Shown here piece after piece: positions 29,309 through 38,648 of a stretch of DNA of 64,000 nucleotides (position 1 is the stretch's first letter; each line of letters begins with the position of its first letter). Under the pieces are notes generated by a model. The model saw nothing but the letters and a program-made list of their open reading frames with translations. It ran no database searches and had not been told where the DNA came from. This DNA comes from an uncultured delta proteobacterium (GTDB lineage: Bacteria > Myxococcota_A > Polyangia > Palsa-1104), in assembly GCA_963785725.1 (NCBI GenBank), contig CAWAWS010000003.1:224001-288000 (forward strand), read 5' to 3'. Position numbers and translations under genes: made by a program.

Positions 29309-30123
29309 GAGGCGGCGCTCGTCGCCGGCGGCAGGTCGACTTCGGCGTAGGGGACGGTCCAGACATTTTCGTGCGCGAGGCGATGGCCTTCGAGGCCGTC
29401 TTCGCCGAAGCAGGTGCCGTGGTCGCTGCAGACGATGCCGATGGCGCCGCCGCGCGCGCGCAACGCGGCGACGAAGGGCGGCAGGTGACGATCGAGCTCG
29501 ACGAGCGCGGCCAGCTGCGTGGCCGCGCTCTCTTGCCGCGCGCCGCGGACGAAGATGCGCGTCGGCGGATGCGTGGCCGCGGCGTTGATGAAGAGGAAGA
29601 TGCGCTGCGCGCGCGGGAACGCGGCCAGGCGCTCGGCGGCGAGCGTGAATTGCAGCGCCGAGGCTTTGCGGCTGGTGACGCCCATGTCGCGCGACCAGTG
29701 GGCTTCGTCGAAGCGCTCGGGCAGGACGGCGCCGAGCGGCGCGGCCGGGTTGAAGAACTGCGTGCCGCCGATGCAGATGGCGCGATAGCCGGCGGCGCGA
29801 CTGGCGGAGACGAGGTCGGGCGCGTCGAGGATGAGCGTGTCGCGATCGACGCTGCGCGCGCCGGCGTAACGCATGGCGAAGTCGCGGCGATGCGGGCCGG
29901 GGCCGATCGGCGTCGGCAAAAAGCCGGCGAAGAAGGCTTGATGCGCGGCGAACGTGAAGGTCGCCGGCGTGTGGCGGCGCTCGAAGCCGGCCGGCACCAG
30001 CGCCGCCAGATTCGGCATGCGCCCCGACGCCAAGGCTTCGCTCGCCACGTCGTAACGAAGCGCATCGAGCGTCAGCATGAAGAGGTCGCGGCGGCCGAAT
30101 TCGCGCTTGAACGACAGGCTCAT
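29305..30123 (-). CDS. STM4013/SEN3800-family alkaline-phosphatase-superfamily hydrolase
   Basis: LTLDALRYD, RHTPATFTFAAHQAFFAGFLPTP, CSDHGTCFGEDG..GHRLAH. Confidence 0.85.
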   Translation of the reverse strand: MSLSFKREFGRRDLFMLTLDALRYDVASEALASGRMPNLAALVPAGFERRHTPATFTFAAHQAFFAGFLPTPIGPGPHRRDFAMRYAGARSVDRDTLILDAPDLVSASRAAGYRAICIGGTQFFNPAAPLGAVLPERFDEAHWSRDMGVTSRKASALQFTLAAERLAAFPRAQRIFLFINAAATHPPTRIFVRGARQESAATQLAALVELDRHLPPFVAALRARGGAIGIVCSDHGTCFGEDGLEGHRLAHENVWTVPYAEVDLPPATSAAS

Positions 30124-30211
30124 CGCGGCGCGTCTTTCGTGCCGCGTGCGCCGACCCATCGATTCGCGAGCGCTCCGGGCCGGACGCTCACCTTCGCGCG
30201 CGCACGCTCGC

Positions 30212-30820
30212 TCACGACGCGAGCTCGGTCAGCTGCGCGATCGCGCGGCAAGCGGCGGGCGCGGCGAACCAGCGCGTGCGCACGAAGACGCCTTCGATGC
30301 CGGCCGCGCGCGCGCCGGCGACATCGAAGGCGGGGTGGTCGCCGACCATGAGCGCGTCGGTCGCGGCGCAGTCGGCGAGCGCCAGCGCGCGCTGGAAGAT
30401 GGCGGCGTCGGGCTTGCGCACGCCGAGCTCGCCCGAGACGACGACGCCGGCGACGCGTCCGGCGAGGCCGGCGGCGGCGAGCTTACCGCGCTGCAAGGCG
30501 GCCGGCCCGTTGGTGACGACGACGACCGGGCCGGCAAACGCGCGCAAGAGCGCGTCGGCGTCAGGCTTGAGCCGCGTGTGGCGCGCAAAATCGCGCAGGA
30601 ACCGGCGCCGCAGCGCGCGCGCCGAGCCGCCGACGCGCGCGGCCAGCTGCGCGAAGAAGGCGCGCTTGTCGCCGTAACCACCGCCGTCGCAGACGACGAG
30701 CGCCTCCAAGACGTCGTCGGGCAGCGCCGGCGAGAGCGCCTCCAGCCAAGACGCCAGCGCGCGATCGCGATCGACGAGCGTGTTGTCGAGATCGACGAGC
30801 AGCGCGCGCGGCTTTTTCAT
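30212..30820 (-). CDS. HAD-family hydrolase
   Basis: VDLDNTL, VVTNG, KPDAAIF, MVGDHPAFDVAGA; ATGA overlap. Confidence 0.9.
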   Translation of the reverse strand: MKKPRALLVDLDNTLVDRDRALASWLEALSPALPDDVLEALVVCDGGGYGDKRAFFAQLAARVGGSARALRRRFLRDFARHTRLKPDADALLRAFAGPVVVVTNGPAALQRGKLAAAGLAGRVAGVVVSGELGVRKPDAAIFQRALALADCAATDALMVGDHPAFDVAGARAAGIEGVFVRTRWFAAPAACRAIAQLTELAS

Positions 30821-31914
30821 GACGCGCCCAACTGCTGCGGCATCGCGCGCGCGCCGAAGACATCGCGCAAATACAGATCGTAGGTGTCGCAGCCGTCGGC
30901 GGACAACAGCCGCGGCAAGTAGTCGCCCCAGGCGTTGCATTCGAGCACGAACGGGCGGCCGCGCGTGTCGAGCATGACATCGACGCCGACCGTGTGATGG
31001 CCGGCGAAGCGGGCGGCGGCCCGCAGGCAGGCCGACTCCAGCGCGGCGAACGCCTCGGCGCCGACGCGCCCCTGCACGACGGCGACGTCGAGGCGGCGCG
31101 CGTCCAAGTGCAGATTCGTGATCGTGCCCCGTCCGACGCGCGCGACGGCGAGCGCCAGGCGACCGCGCATGACGACGACGCGCAGGTCGAACGGCCCGTC
31201 GGCGACGCCCAGCTTCGGCAGCCAGCGCTGCACGATGGCGCCGTCGCCGAGCACGCGATCGAGCAGGCGATCGATCTCGGCGCGCAGCTGATAGCGGCGC
31301 AACCGTTTACGATTGATCAGCCGATCGCCGGCGAGCTCGGCCGTCGTGACGACGAGCTCTCGACCGCGCTGCCGCCGCAACGCCAGCACGCCCGCGCCCG
31401 ACGAGCCCCAGCGCGGCTTGACGAACACCGCGTCGTGCCCGGTCGCGTCCAGCTGCGTGCGCAGCGCGTCGGCGCTCGACACTTCCGGCAGCAGCGCCGG
31501 CACGGGAACGCCTGCCGCCGCCAGCCGCTCGTGACAGACGCGCTTGTCCGTCATCCCGAGGATGCTCGCCGTCGGATGTGTCGGCACGAGCTGCGGCGTG
31601 TGCGCGTCGAGCGCATGCAAGAACGTCGTCAGCCCGGCGAACCAGCCGCGGCCGGCGCGCCATTCGTCGCGCGCGCGCGGCCGCGTGTCGCCGCCGAGCC
31701 GCGCCAACGCAGCCCACGTCGCGCCGTCCGCGCCCGGCGAGTCGACGCGCAACACGTCGCCCGCTTGCCCGGCCGCGGCGACGACGCGCGGATCCGCCAA
31801 CGCCGCCGCCCACGAGACCAGCCGCGCGTCGACGCCCTGTCGCGCGGCCGCCGCCGCCAACGCCGCGGTTCGCTTGTCGCCGGGCGTGCCGACGATGACG
31901 AGCCGCGCCGTCAC
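30817..31914 (-). CDS. STM4014-family ATP-grasp protein
   Basis: LRVDSPG, DKRVCHERLAAAGVPVP, FVKPRWGSSGAGV, FDLRVVV, ITNLHL, GVDV...ECNAWGDYLP; TAGTG overlap. Confidence 0.85.
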   Translation of the reverse strand: MTARLVIVGTPGDKRTAALAAAAARQGVDARLVSWAAALADPRVVAAAGQAGDVLRVDSPGADGATWAALARLGGDTRPRARDEWRAGRGWFAGLTTFLHALDAHTPQLVPTHPTASILGMTDKRVCHERLAAAGVPVPALLPEVSSADALRTQLDATGHDAVFVKPRWGSSGAGVLALRRQRGRELVVTTAELAGDRLINRKRLRRYQLRAEIDRLLDRVLGDGAIVQRWLPKLGVADGPFDLRVVVMRGRLALAVARVGRGTITNLHLDARRLDVAVVQGRVGAEAFAALESACLRAAARFAGHHTVGVDVMLDTRGRPFVLECNAWGDYLPRLLSADGCDTYDLYLRDVFGARAMPQQLGAS

Positions 31915-33134
31915 TACTCGGAGACCTCGATATAGCGATCGTCCTCTTCTTCGCCCTCTTGCTGATCGGAGACGTCGAGCGACGGAATGCCGAGCGCGCG
32001 CAGCTTCGTCATCATGCCCGCCGACATATAATGATGACGCAAGTTGAGATGCTGCAGCTTGCGGACGTGCGGGCTCGCCAAGAGCGCCTCGGCGCCGGCG
32101 TCCGACAGCGTGCCCATCGACAGATCGAGCGACTTGACGCGCGCGAGCAGCGGCGACTTGGCGAGGGCGACGGCGATGTCGTCCTGAATCAGCGAGTCTT
32201 GCAGGCCGAGATGCTCGAGCGCGGGAAACTTGTCGCCGGCCAAGAGCGGCGCCAGATCGTCGGCCGTGCAATCGCCGCCATAGTTCTCGTCGCCGAGCCA
32301 GAGCACCAGCGTCCGCAGCTTGGGCAGCTTGGCCGCGATGACGTCGGCCACGGTCTTGGCCGACAAGCCGCCCGTCTGCAGCGTCAGCGACGTCAAATTC
32401 GCGCTCGCCAGCTTCGTCAGCCGCAGATCTTCGCCGCCGCGAATGACGAGCTCCTCGAGCTGCGGCATTGCCCGCACCAGCGCGCCGCAGTCGGACTGCT
32501 GAATCCAGGAGATCTCCTGCTCTTCTTGCACGACGTCGCCGAAGAACAGGCCCTTGAGCGCCTGAAGCGTGCCGCCCTGCTTCGCCAAGAGCGCGACCAC
32601 GTCATCCGACGGCTCGGGCGAATCGCCGAACCAGTTGCCGATGACGAGCCCGCGCAGCTCGGCCGCCTTCGGATCTTTGAACAGCGCGTCCATGCGATCG
32701 TTGAAGATCGAAGCCTCTTCTTCGTAATCGAGCCGCACCGCGAAGACGTACTTGTCGAGCTCGCGCAGCGCCGGGAATTTGCGGCGACCGCCTTGGCTCG
32801 CGCTCTCTTCGTCGGCGGCGTCGGGCGCGAAGTCGACCACTTTGTAGTTCATGAAGCGGTCGAGATGCTCGTGCGTGCCGATGTGCACGGGCGGACGAAA
32901 CGCCGGCGGCTCCGACGAACCGGGCTCGATGTAGCCCTTCTTCGTCTTCTCGCGAATGAGCTTGGCGACGTCGGCCGCGGCCTCTTCGGCGCTGGCGGTC
33001 TCGGTCGTCTTGGAGACGCCGCTCGAGCCGATGCGGCCGTAGGTGACCGTGTAGGAAGCGCCGTCGAGGGCGATCTCCCAGAACTTGCTCGAGCTGCCTT
33101 CGACGAGCTCGAAGCGACGCTTGTTTGCGCTCAT
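31914..33134 (-). CDS. WGR-domain/STM4015-family leucine-rich-repeat protein
   Basis: SSKFWEI...VTYGRIGSSG...KTKKGY (WGR); EQEISWIQQ, LWLGDENYGG, LDLSMGTLSDAGAEAL, RYIEVSE. Confidence 0.85.
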   Translation of the reverse strand: MSANKRRFELVEGSSSKFWEIALDGASYTVTYGRIGSSGVSKTTETASAEEAAADVAKLIREKTKKGYIEPGSSEPPAFRPPVHIGTHEHLDRFMNYKVVDFAPDAADEESASQGGRRKFPALRELDKYVFAVRLDYEEEASIFNDRMDALFKDPKAAELRGLVIGNWFGDSPEPSDDVVALLAKQGGTLQALKGLFFGDVVQEEQEISWIQQSDCGALVRAMPQLEELVIRGGEDLRLTKLASANLTSLTLQTGGLSAKTVADVIAAKLPKLRTLVLWLGDENYGGDCTADDLAPLLAGDKFPALEHLGLQDSLIQDDIAVALAKSPLLARVKSLDLSMGTLSDAGAEALLASPHVRKLQHLNLRHHYMSAGMMTKLRALGIPSLDVSDQQEGEEEDDRYIEVSE

Positions 33135-33169
33135 TGGGGCAAAAGTGTCGGCGCGCCGGCCGGCCGCTG

Positions 33170-34405
33170 TCAACCGCGCGGCTTGCCCGTCGTGATCGGC
33201 ACGCCCGCGGCATCGACGGGGTTTTCGGCGTCGGCGCGGCGAATCTCGTTGGCGACTTCGACGGCGACGGCGGCGGCCGCTTCGGGCGCGGCGCCGGCGG
33301 TCAGCTCCTCGTAGACCTTCTCGGCGCGCGCGTCGCGGGCGCGCAAGGCGCTGTCGTCGGTGTCGTCGCCGGGCAGCTCGACGCGCAGCTCCTCGATGAT
33401 CATGCGTAGGCCGGCGGCGACCGGCAGCGCCAGCAGCGCGCCCAAGATGCCGAGCAGCTTGCCGCCGACGAGCAGCGCCAGGATGACCGCCGTCGGCGAC
33501 AGGCGCAGCGCGCGACCGTAGACGCGCGGCACCAAGACGCGACTCTCGAACTGCTGATAGGTCATCATGGCGAAGAAGACGACCGCCGCCATGCCGACAC
33601 CGCGCGACAGCGCCGCCAACACCGCCGGCGCCGTCGCCAAGAAGCCGCCGATGAAGGGGATGACGTCGGTGAAGCCGGCGAACACGGCCAGCGCCAAGGC
33701 GTTCGGCAGCCGCAGCGCCTCCATGAGCACGAAGACGAAGACGGCGATGGCGGCCGACGTGATCAGCTGACCGCGCATGTAGCCGCCGACGATCGTCTCC
33801 AAGTTGAGCGTGATGCGCGCCAGCCGCACGTGAAAGCGGCGCGGCACCCAAGCGTAGACGGCGCCGCGCGCGTGATCGCGGCCGGCGGTCAGATAGATGG
33901 AGAGGACGATGGCCGTGAAGCAGTAGCCGACGACCTCGACGATGCTCGACGACAGGGCGAGCGTGTCCTCGGCGCTGCCGCGCAGGAGCACTTGGTCGAC
34001 GCGAAACGCGCGCACCGTCGGCGCCAGCGAGCGCGTGATGCGGCTGCGCTCGAGGACGGCGGCCATGCGTCCTTGCAGCTGCGGCGCGTGCGTGACGATC
34101 TCGACGAGCTCGCGCCCCATCGCCGGGATGGTCAGCGCCGCCAGCACCGCCGAGACCGCGACCATGCTCACGAACACGACGGCCAGCGCGCCGTTGCGCG
34201 AGAAGCGGCGCCGCTCGAGCGCCGCGACGGCCGGGCCCAGCGTGCCGACGATGACGAGCGTGACGACGAGCATGATGAGGATCGGCCACAGCCGCACCAG
34301 CAGATAGATGACGCCCGCGAAGACGCAGATCTTGAAGAGCGCGGCGCTCGACAGGTCGTGGATGATCTTGCCGCTGCCGGTGGAACCGTCGTTGCGCTCA
34401 CTCAC
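33170..34405 (-). CDS. AI-2E family transporter
   Basis: GGYMRGQL, DVIPFIG, YQQFESRVLVPRVYG, GILGALLALPVAA. Start could be ATG 34423. Confidence 0.88.
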   Translation of the reverse strand: MSERNDGSTGSGKIIHDLSSAALFKICVFAGVIYLLVRLWPILIMLVVTLVIVGTLGPAVAALERRRFSRNGALAVVFVSMVAVSAVLAALTIPAMGRELVEIVTHAPQLQGRMAAVLERSRITRSLAPTVRAFRVDQVLLRGSAEDTLALSSSIVEVVGYCFTAIVLSIYLTAGRDHARGAVYAWVPRRFHVRLARITLNLETIVGGYMRGQLITSAAIAVFVFVLMEALRLPNALALAVFAGFTDVIPFIGGFLATAPAVLAALSRGVGMAAVVFFAMMTYQQFESRVLVPRVYGRALRLSPTAVILALLVGGKLLGILGALLALPVAAGLRMIIEELRVELPGDDTDDSALRARDARAEKVYEELTAGAAPEAAAAVAVEVANEIRRADAENPVDAAGVPITTGKPRG

Positions 34406-34516
34406 GCGACTAGAGTACGGCATTCCGCGACATTGCCGTGGGACTGACGACAGGCCGCGCTTTTTGCGCCCGCGCGCGAGTCGCTGCCGGACGACGGTTC
34501 GTGCGACAATGAGGCG

Positions 34517-34978
34517 ATGCGTCATTACGCACTCGTCCTCGCGCTGACGTCGCTGTCGAGCGGGCGTGCCATGGCCAGGGACGAAAATCGGCCGCGCGCG
34601 CAGAACCAGATCCACCACATCAAATCGATCGTCGTGCATGCGCCGAAGTCGAAGCCCGATGGACAGCCGTGGGACCCGCGCGGGCCGGACGAGCTGCCGG
34701 ATCTGTACGTGCAGATCGCGCGCGGCGGCTCGCGGGTGGCGACGACCGACGTCCGGCGCAACAGCTTGGACGCCACCTTTCGGCTCGACTTCGCGGCCGA
34801 TCCGAAAGATGGGCCGCTCGTGCTGACGATTTGGGACAAAGATCCGGTGAAAGACGAGCTCATCGGCAGAGTAGCCATTGACTTCGAACGGCAACCGGAG
34901 GGTGGCACGCGCGTCTTTTCGTTCGCGGACGGCACGGGGTCGATGACGCTGATCGACAATCCGACCGGTCGAAAATAA
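34517..34978 (+). CDS. Secreted C2-domain protein
   Basis: Signal peptide; WD...PDLYVQI, TTDVRRNSL, LTIWDKDPVKDELIG (C2 Asp-loop pattern). Confidence 0.7.
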   Translation: MRHYALVLALTSLSSGRAMARDENRPRAQNQIHHIKSIVVHAPKSKPDGQPWDPRGPDELPDLYVQIARGGSRVATTDVRRNSLDATFRLDFAADPKDGPLVLTIWDKDPVKDELIGRVAIDFERQPEGGTRVFSFADGTGSMTLIDNPTGRK

Positions 34979-34992
34979 ATGGCGACCCGGGC

Positions 34993-35031
34993 TCGGCTCG
35001 GCGGCCGGCGACGCGCGGCGGGCCGAGCCGA
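34993..35031 (+). terminator. GC-rich hairpin after the C2 gene
   Basis: TCGGCTCGGC ... GCCGAGCCGA, 10-bp arms; no U tract. Confidence 0.3.
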
Positions 35032-35193
35032 AATGCGGACTTACCATCACTATTCGGCGATTGCGCGCGCGCGGCGACAGGTGTGGTCAGGTAGTTGCCG
35101 ATTACCGTCGGTGAAGGCGGGCCCACGCGCTCCGCTTCGTGTATGATTTGCTCGCAAGCGACACTGCATTCGACCGCTCGGTGAGATGAGGCC

Positions 35194-36789
35194 ATGGACG
35201 ATTTCCTGCTCGCACGTGTCATCGACGGGCGCTACCTGATCCGTCGCCGACTCGGCCGCGGCAGCGCCGGTTCCGTCTTCGAAGGGGAGCATCTGCAGAC
35301 CAAGCGGCGCGTCGCCGTCAAGGTGCTGCATCACGCGTTGGCGGCGTCGGCGGAGTATCGCATTCGCTTCGAGCGCGAGGCGCAGTCGGCGAGCCGGCTG
35401 TCGCATCCGGCCTGCGTGTCGGTGCTCGACTTCGGGCGCATCGCCAAGATCGAGCCCGCCGGCGGCGCCGACGAGCTGCTCGGCGTGCCCTACCTCGTCA
35501 TGGAGTTCGTGCGCGGCGAGCTCCTGATGGATCGCATCGCCAAAGGGCCGCTGGCGGCGCCCGACGCGCTGCTGATCACGCGCGGCGTCATCTCCGGGCT
35601 GCGCCACGCGCACGGGCTCGGTATCGTGCATCGCGACGTCAAGCCCGAGAACATCATGCTCGCGGCCGTCGGTGACGCGACGCCGCTCGTGAAGCTGCTC
35701 GACTTCGGCCTGGCCAAGGACATGGCGCCCGACGAGCTCGGCGAAAAAGAGGCGCACGGCGAGCAAGGGCTCATCTTCGGCTCGCCCGGCTATCTCAGCC
35801 CCGAGCAGGCCGCCGGTTACGCGGCCGACGCGCGCTCCGACCTGTATTCGCTCGGCGTCGTGATGTTCGAGATGGTGTCGGGGCGGCCGCCGTTCGTGCG
35901 CGCGCAGCTGGCCGACGTCGTGCGCGATCACATCCTGACGCCGCCGCCGTCGCCGCGCGAGCTCGTGCCGTCGCTGTCGCCGCAGCTCGAGGACGTGATC
36001 TTGACGCTGCTCGAGAAGGAGCCGGAGCGGCGTTTTCAGACGGCGGACGAGCTGCAGACGGCGTTGAACTTCTGTCCCGAGTGGGAAGGCTCGGGCGCGG
36101 CCGATCCGGCGTGGTCGTCGCGGATTCGGCTCGTCGACCAGGCGACGGCGATGAAGACGCCGCCACCCGATCCGCCGGCGCCGCCGCCGGTCGCGGCGAC
36201 CGCGCCCACGCAGCCGCTGCCGCCGGCGCAGTCGCCGCAGTCATTCGTACCGCCGCGGCCGCAGAATGTGCTCTCGCCGTCGGTGGAGCTGGCGGTGAAC
36301 AACCTGCGGCCGACGTTCTGGCGCAACCTGACGCTGTTCGCGGTCGTGGTGGCGATCGGCGCCGGCATCGGCTTGTCGCGCCATCGCTGGAAGCCGGCGC
36401 TGCAGTCGGTGGCGGTCGGCGGCGTTGCCGTGCCGGCGCCGGTGGCCGAAGGCAGCAAGCTGTCGCCGGCCGGTCGCCGTCACCTCGACGTGGCGCTGGA
36501 TTTCAGCCGCAAATTCTGGTGCTCGGCGGCGATCGACGAGCTGGAGACGGGCATGCACGAGGTGCCCGAGCTGCGCGGCGATCCGCAGCTGACGCGCATG
36601 ATGATCCCCTGTTTGCGCGCCAAGACGCAGGACAAGACGCTCGAATTCCTCGTCACCGTCGTCGGGCGCGACGCCAAGCCGGAGCTGCAGTCGGCGCTGA
36701 CGGAGGACTTGAAGCCCGACGTCCGCGACGGCGTGCAGCGCGCGCTGGCGCGCATTGCCAGCCGCGCCGACGCCACCAAAGCGCGCTGA
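35194..36789 (+). CDS. Ser/Thr protein kinase with TM and external helical domain
   Basis: LGRGSAGSVF, VAVK, IVHRDVKPEN, LLDFGLAK, GSPGYLSPE. Confidence 0.92.
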   Translation: MDDFLLARVIDGRYLIRRRLGRGSAGSVFEGEHLQTKRRVAVKVLHHALAASAEYRIRFEREAQSASRLSHPACVSVLDFGRIAKIEPAGGADELLGVPYLVMEFVRGELLMDRIAKGPLAAPDALLITRGVISGLRHAHGLGIVHRDVKPENIMLAAVGDATPLVKLLDFGLAKDMAPDELGEKEAHGEQGLIFGSPGYLSPEQAAGYAADARSDLYSLGVVMFEMVSGRPPFVRAQLADVVRDHILTPPPSPRELVPSLSPQLEDVILTLLEKEPERRFQTADELQTALNFCPEWEGSGAADPAWSSRIRLVDQATAMKTPPPDPPAPPPVAATAPTQPLPPAQSPQSFVPPRPQNVLSPSVELAVNNLRPTFWRNLTLFAVVVAIGAGIGLSRHRWKPALQSVAVGGVAVPAPVAEGSKLSPAGRRHLDVALDFSRKFWCSAAIDELETGMHEVPELRGDPQLTRMMIPCLRAKTQDKTLEFLVTVVGRDAKPELQSALTEDLKPDVRDGVQRALARIASRADATKAR

Positions 36790-36848
36790 GGTCGTAAGCC
36801 AGACGTTCATCGTCGTGAATGACAACGGCTCGGGCGGGAGGTGACGGC

Positions 36849-37679
36849 GTGGCGGACAGCAAGCTTCCCGACGAGATTTCGGGCTGGCGCGGACAGACGA
36901 TCCTAGGCGCCCGCAGTCGCGGCGGAACGTTCGCTGCGCGCGATTGGCGCGACCTGGTGCTCGACCCCGCCGGCGCCATCGAGACCAAGGCAGCGGAGAT
37001 CGCCGGAAGCGCCGCCCGCTGGTTCTCGCCGGCGGCGCTCGCTTCGTTGAGCGCGGCCGACGGTCATTACAGCTACGTCCAGTCGATCAACAGCGAAGAC
37101 ACGGTGACCTGGGCGGCGTTCGGACCGCGGGCATCTTCGCGAGCCATCGGCGAGATCGTGAATCTCGCGTTCGGCCTGGAGCCGCGTCCCGCGGAATGGG
37201 AGCGTCTGTATTGGCAGCGCTGGCCTCATCCACACACTCGGCGCACGACGAACGGACCGGAGCCGGACGTGACGCTGCGTGCGCACGACGACGGCTGGGG
37301 CTACGTCGTCGAGGCGAAATGGGCCGCCCAGCTCGACAAATCGCAGGGAAAAGGCGGCGGCCTGACGCAGCTCGAAATGCGCACGCACGTCGCGCGCACG
37401 CTCACCGCCGACGCGCGCAAGCGGGGCGTCCTCGTCATCGTGCCCAGCCCGGCGCGCTATCCCCACGCACGGCGGGGAACGTTCGCCGAGTATTTCGCGG
37501 TCGACGAGGACCGCTATGTTCCGCGGGACCTCGCGCGCGCCCAAGAAGCGCGGGCGCTGACGTGGGAGCAGATCGTCGACGTGCTCGCGCGCACCGACGG
37601 TCGAAGCGAGCTCACCGACTATCTCGCCTGGCGCCTCGAGTGGCTGCCGAGCCGAACGACGCGCGCCCGCCGCCGTTGA
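36849..37679 (+). CDS. Putative PD-(D/E)XK restriction-endonuclease-like nuclease
   Basis: SD GGAGGTG; SEDTVTWAAF; EPDVTL...VVEAKW...QL; LTWEQI. Confidence 0.6.
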   Translation: MADSKLPDEISGWRGQTILGARSRGGTFAARDWRDLVLDPAGAIETKAAEIAGSAARWFSPAALASLSAADGHYSYVQSINSEDTVTWAAFGPRASSRAIGEIVNLAFGLEPRPAEWERLYWQRWPHPHTRRTTNGPEPDVTLRAHDDGWGYVVEAKWAAQLDKSQGKGGGLTQLEMRTHVARTLTADARKRGVLVIVPSPARYPHARRGTFAEYFAVDEDRYVPRDLARAQEARALTWEQIVDVLARTDGRSELTDYLAWRLEWLPSRTTRARRR

Positions 37680-37727
37680 GGGACGACGACGATCAGTCGT
37701 GATGCCGCCGGCGGAGCGCCATCGACT

Positions 37728-37755
37728 CGAGATAGTTCAATATTGAACTATCTCG
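37728..37755. repeat. Perfect 28-bp palindrome
   Basis: CGAGATAGTTCAAT|ATTGAACTATCTCG between convergent genes. Confidence 0.9.
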
Positions 37756-37758
37756 CGC

Positions 37759-38316
37759 TCACCACTGCAGATTGAAGCGCGCCTTTTGCGTGCTCAAGCG
37801 ATCGGGCTGACCGACGACGCCCTTGACGCTGCAGGTCTCGAACAGCGCCTGAAACGTCGGCATCTGGCTCACGAAGACGCACATTGGAATGGGATATTCG
37901 GGCAAGAACTCCACCTCCATCACGCCCGAGCGCTCGCTCTTCGCGATGTACTTGAAGTCGACGCCGCGGATGAAGCTGCCGACGAGCGAGTTCATGCGCT
38001 TGAACAGCGTCGCCGGCGAGGTGCCGAACAGCTTGAGCACCGTCTCGACGACGCCCATGTATGGTTTGCGCGCGTCGTTCGTGCCTTTGCGCGCCAGCTC
38101 GCGCACGGCCGCCATGCCGCCGATCGCCTCCATCGCCTCGCTGATGTGCAGCATGGCGAGGAAGTCCATCCAGCTGCCGGCGAGCGGCGGGTCGGCGATG
38201 AGCGCGGCCGTCGCCGGCGGCACGCGCGCGACGACGGCGGCGAGCTGATTGTCTTTGGCGAGCACGGCGAGATACGAGCGGAACGTCATGGCCTTCAACT
38301 GGATGCCTGAGCTCAT
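37759..38316 (-). CDS. Myxobacterial DUF2378/V4R-like protein
   Basis: QLKAMTFRSYL...DPPLAGSWMD...KLFGTSPATLFKR...RFNLQW; SD GAGGAG. Confidence 0.55.
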   Translation of the reverse strand: MSSGIQLKAMTFRSYLAVLAKDNQLAAVVARVPPATAALIADPPLAGSWMDFLAMLHISEAMEAIGGMAAVRELARKGTNDARKPYMGVVETVLKLFGTSPATLFKRMNSLVGSFIRGVDFKYIAKSERSGVMEVEFLPEYPIPMCVFVSQMPTFQALFETCSVKGVVGQPDRLSTQKARFNLQW

Positions 38317-38648
38317 TCACTCCTCGGCGACGCGCGACTTCATACGGCATCTAGTTTAGCCGACTCTCGTGAGAATGTTACGGCGCGATGAGCGAGCGTA
38401 TCGGTCGTATCTTTCGCGCAATATCGATATGTCGCGGGAATGGGTACGGATATGTCGCGGCAATCGGTGCCGGCGAAACGGCCGGGGTTGCGGCGACTAT
38501 CGACGGCCACGGTGCGGCGAAGTCGCGCCGCGCGCCGCCTCGACGACGGGTGCGGAAATTATCGCGCTGTTGCGGCATACTGCCGGCGCGGCTTCGCAGC
38601 CATGAGCGGCTTCGCTCGGGCCCAACGTGTGATGAGGAGAATATCGAG

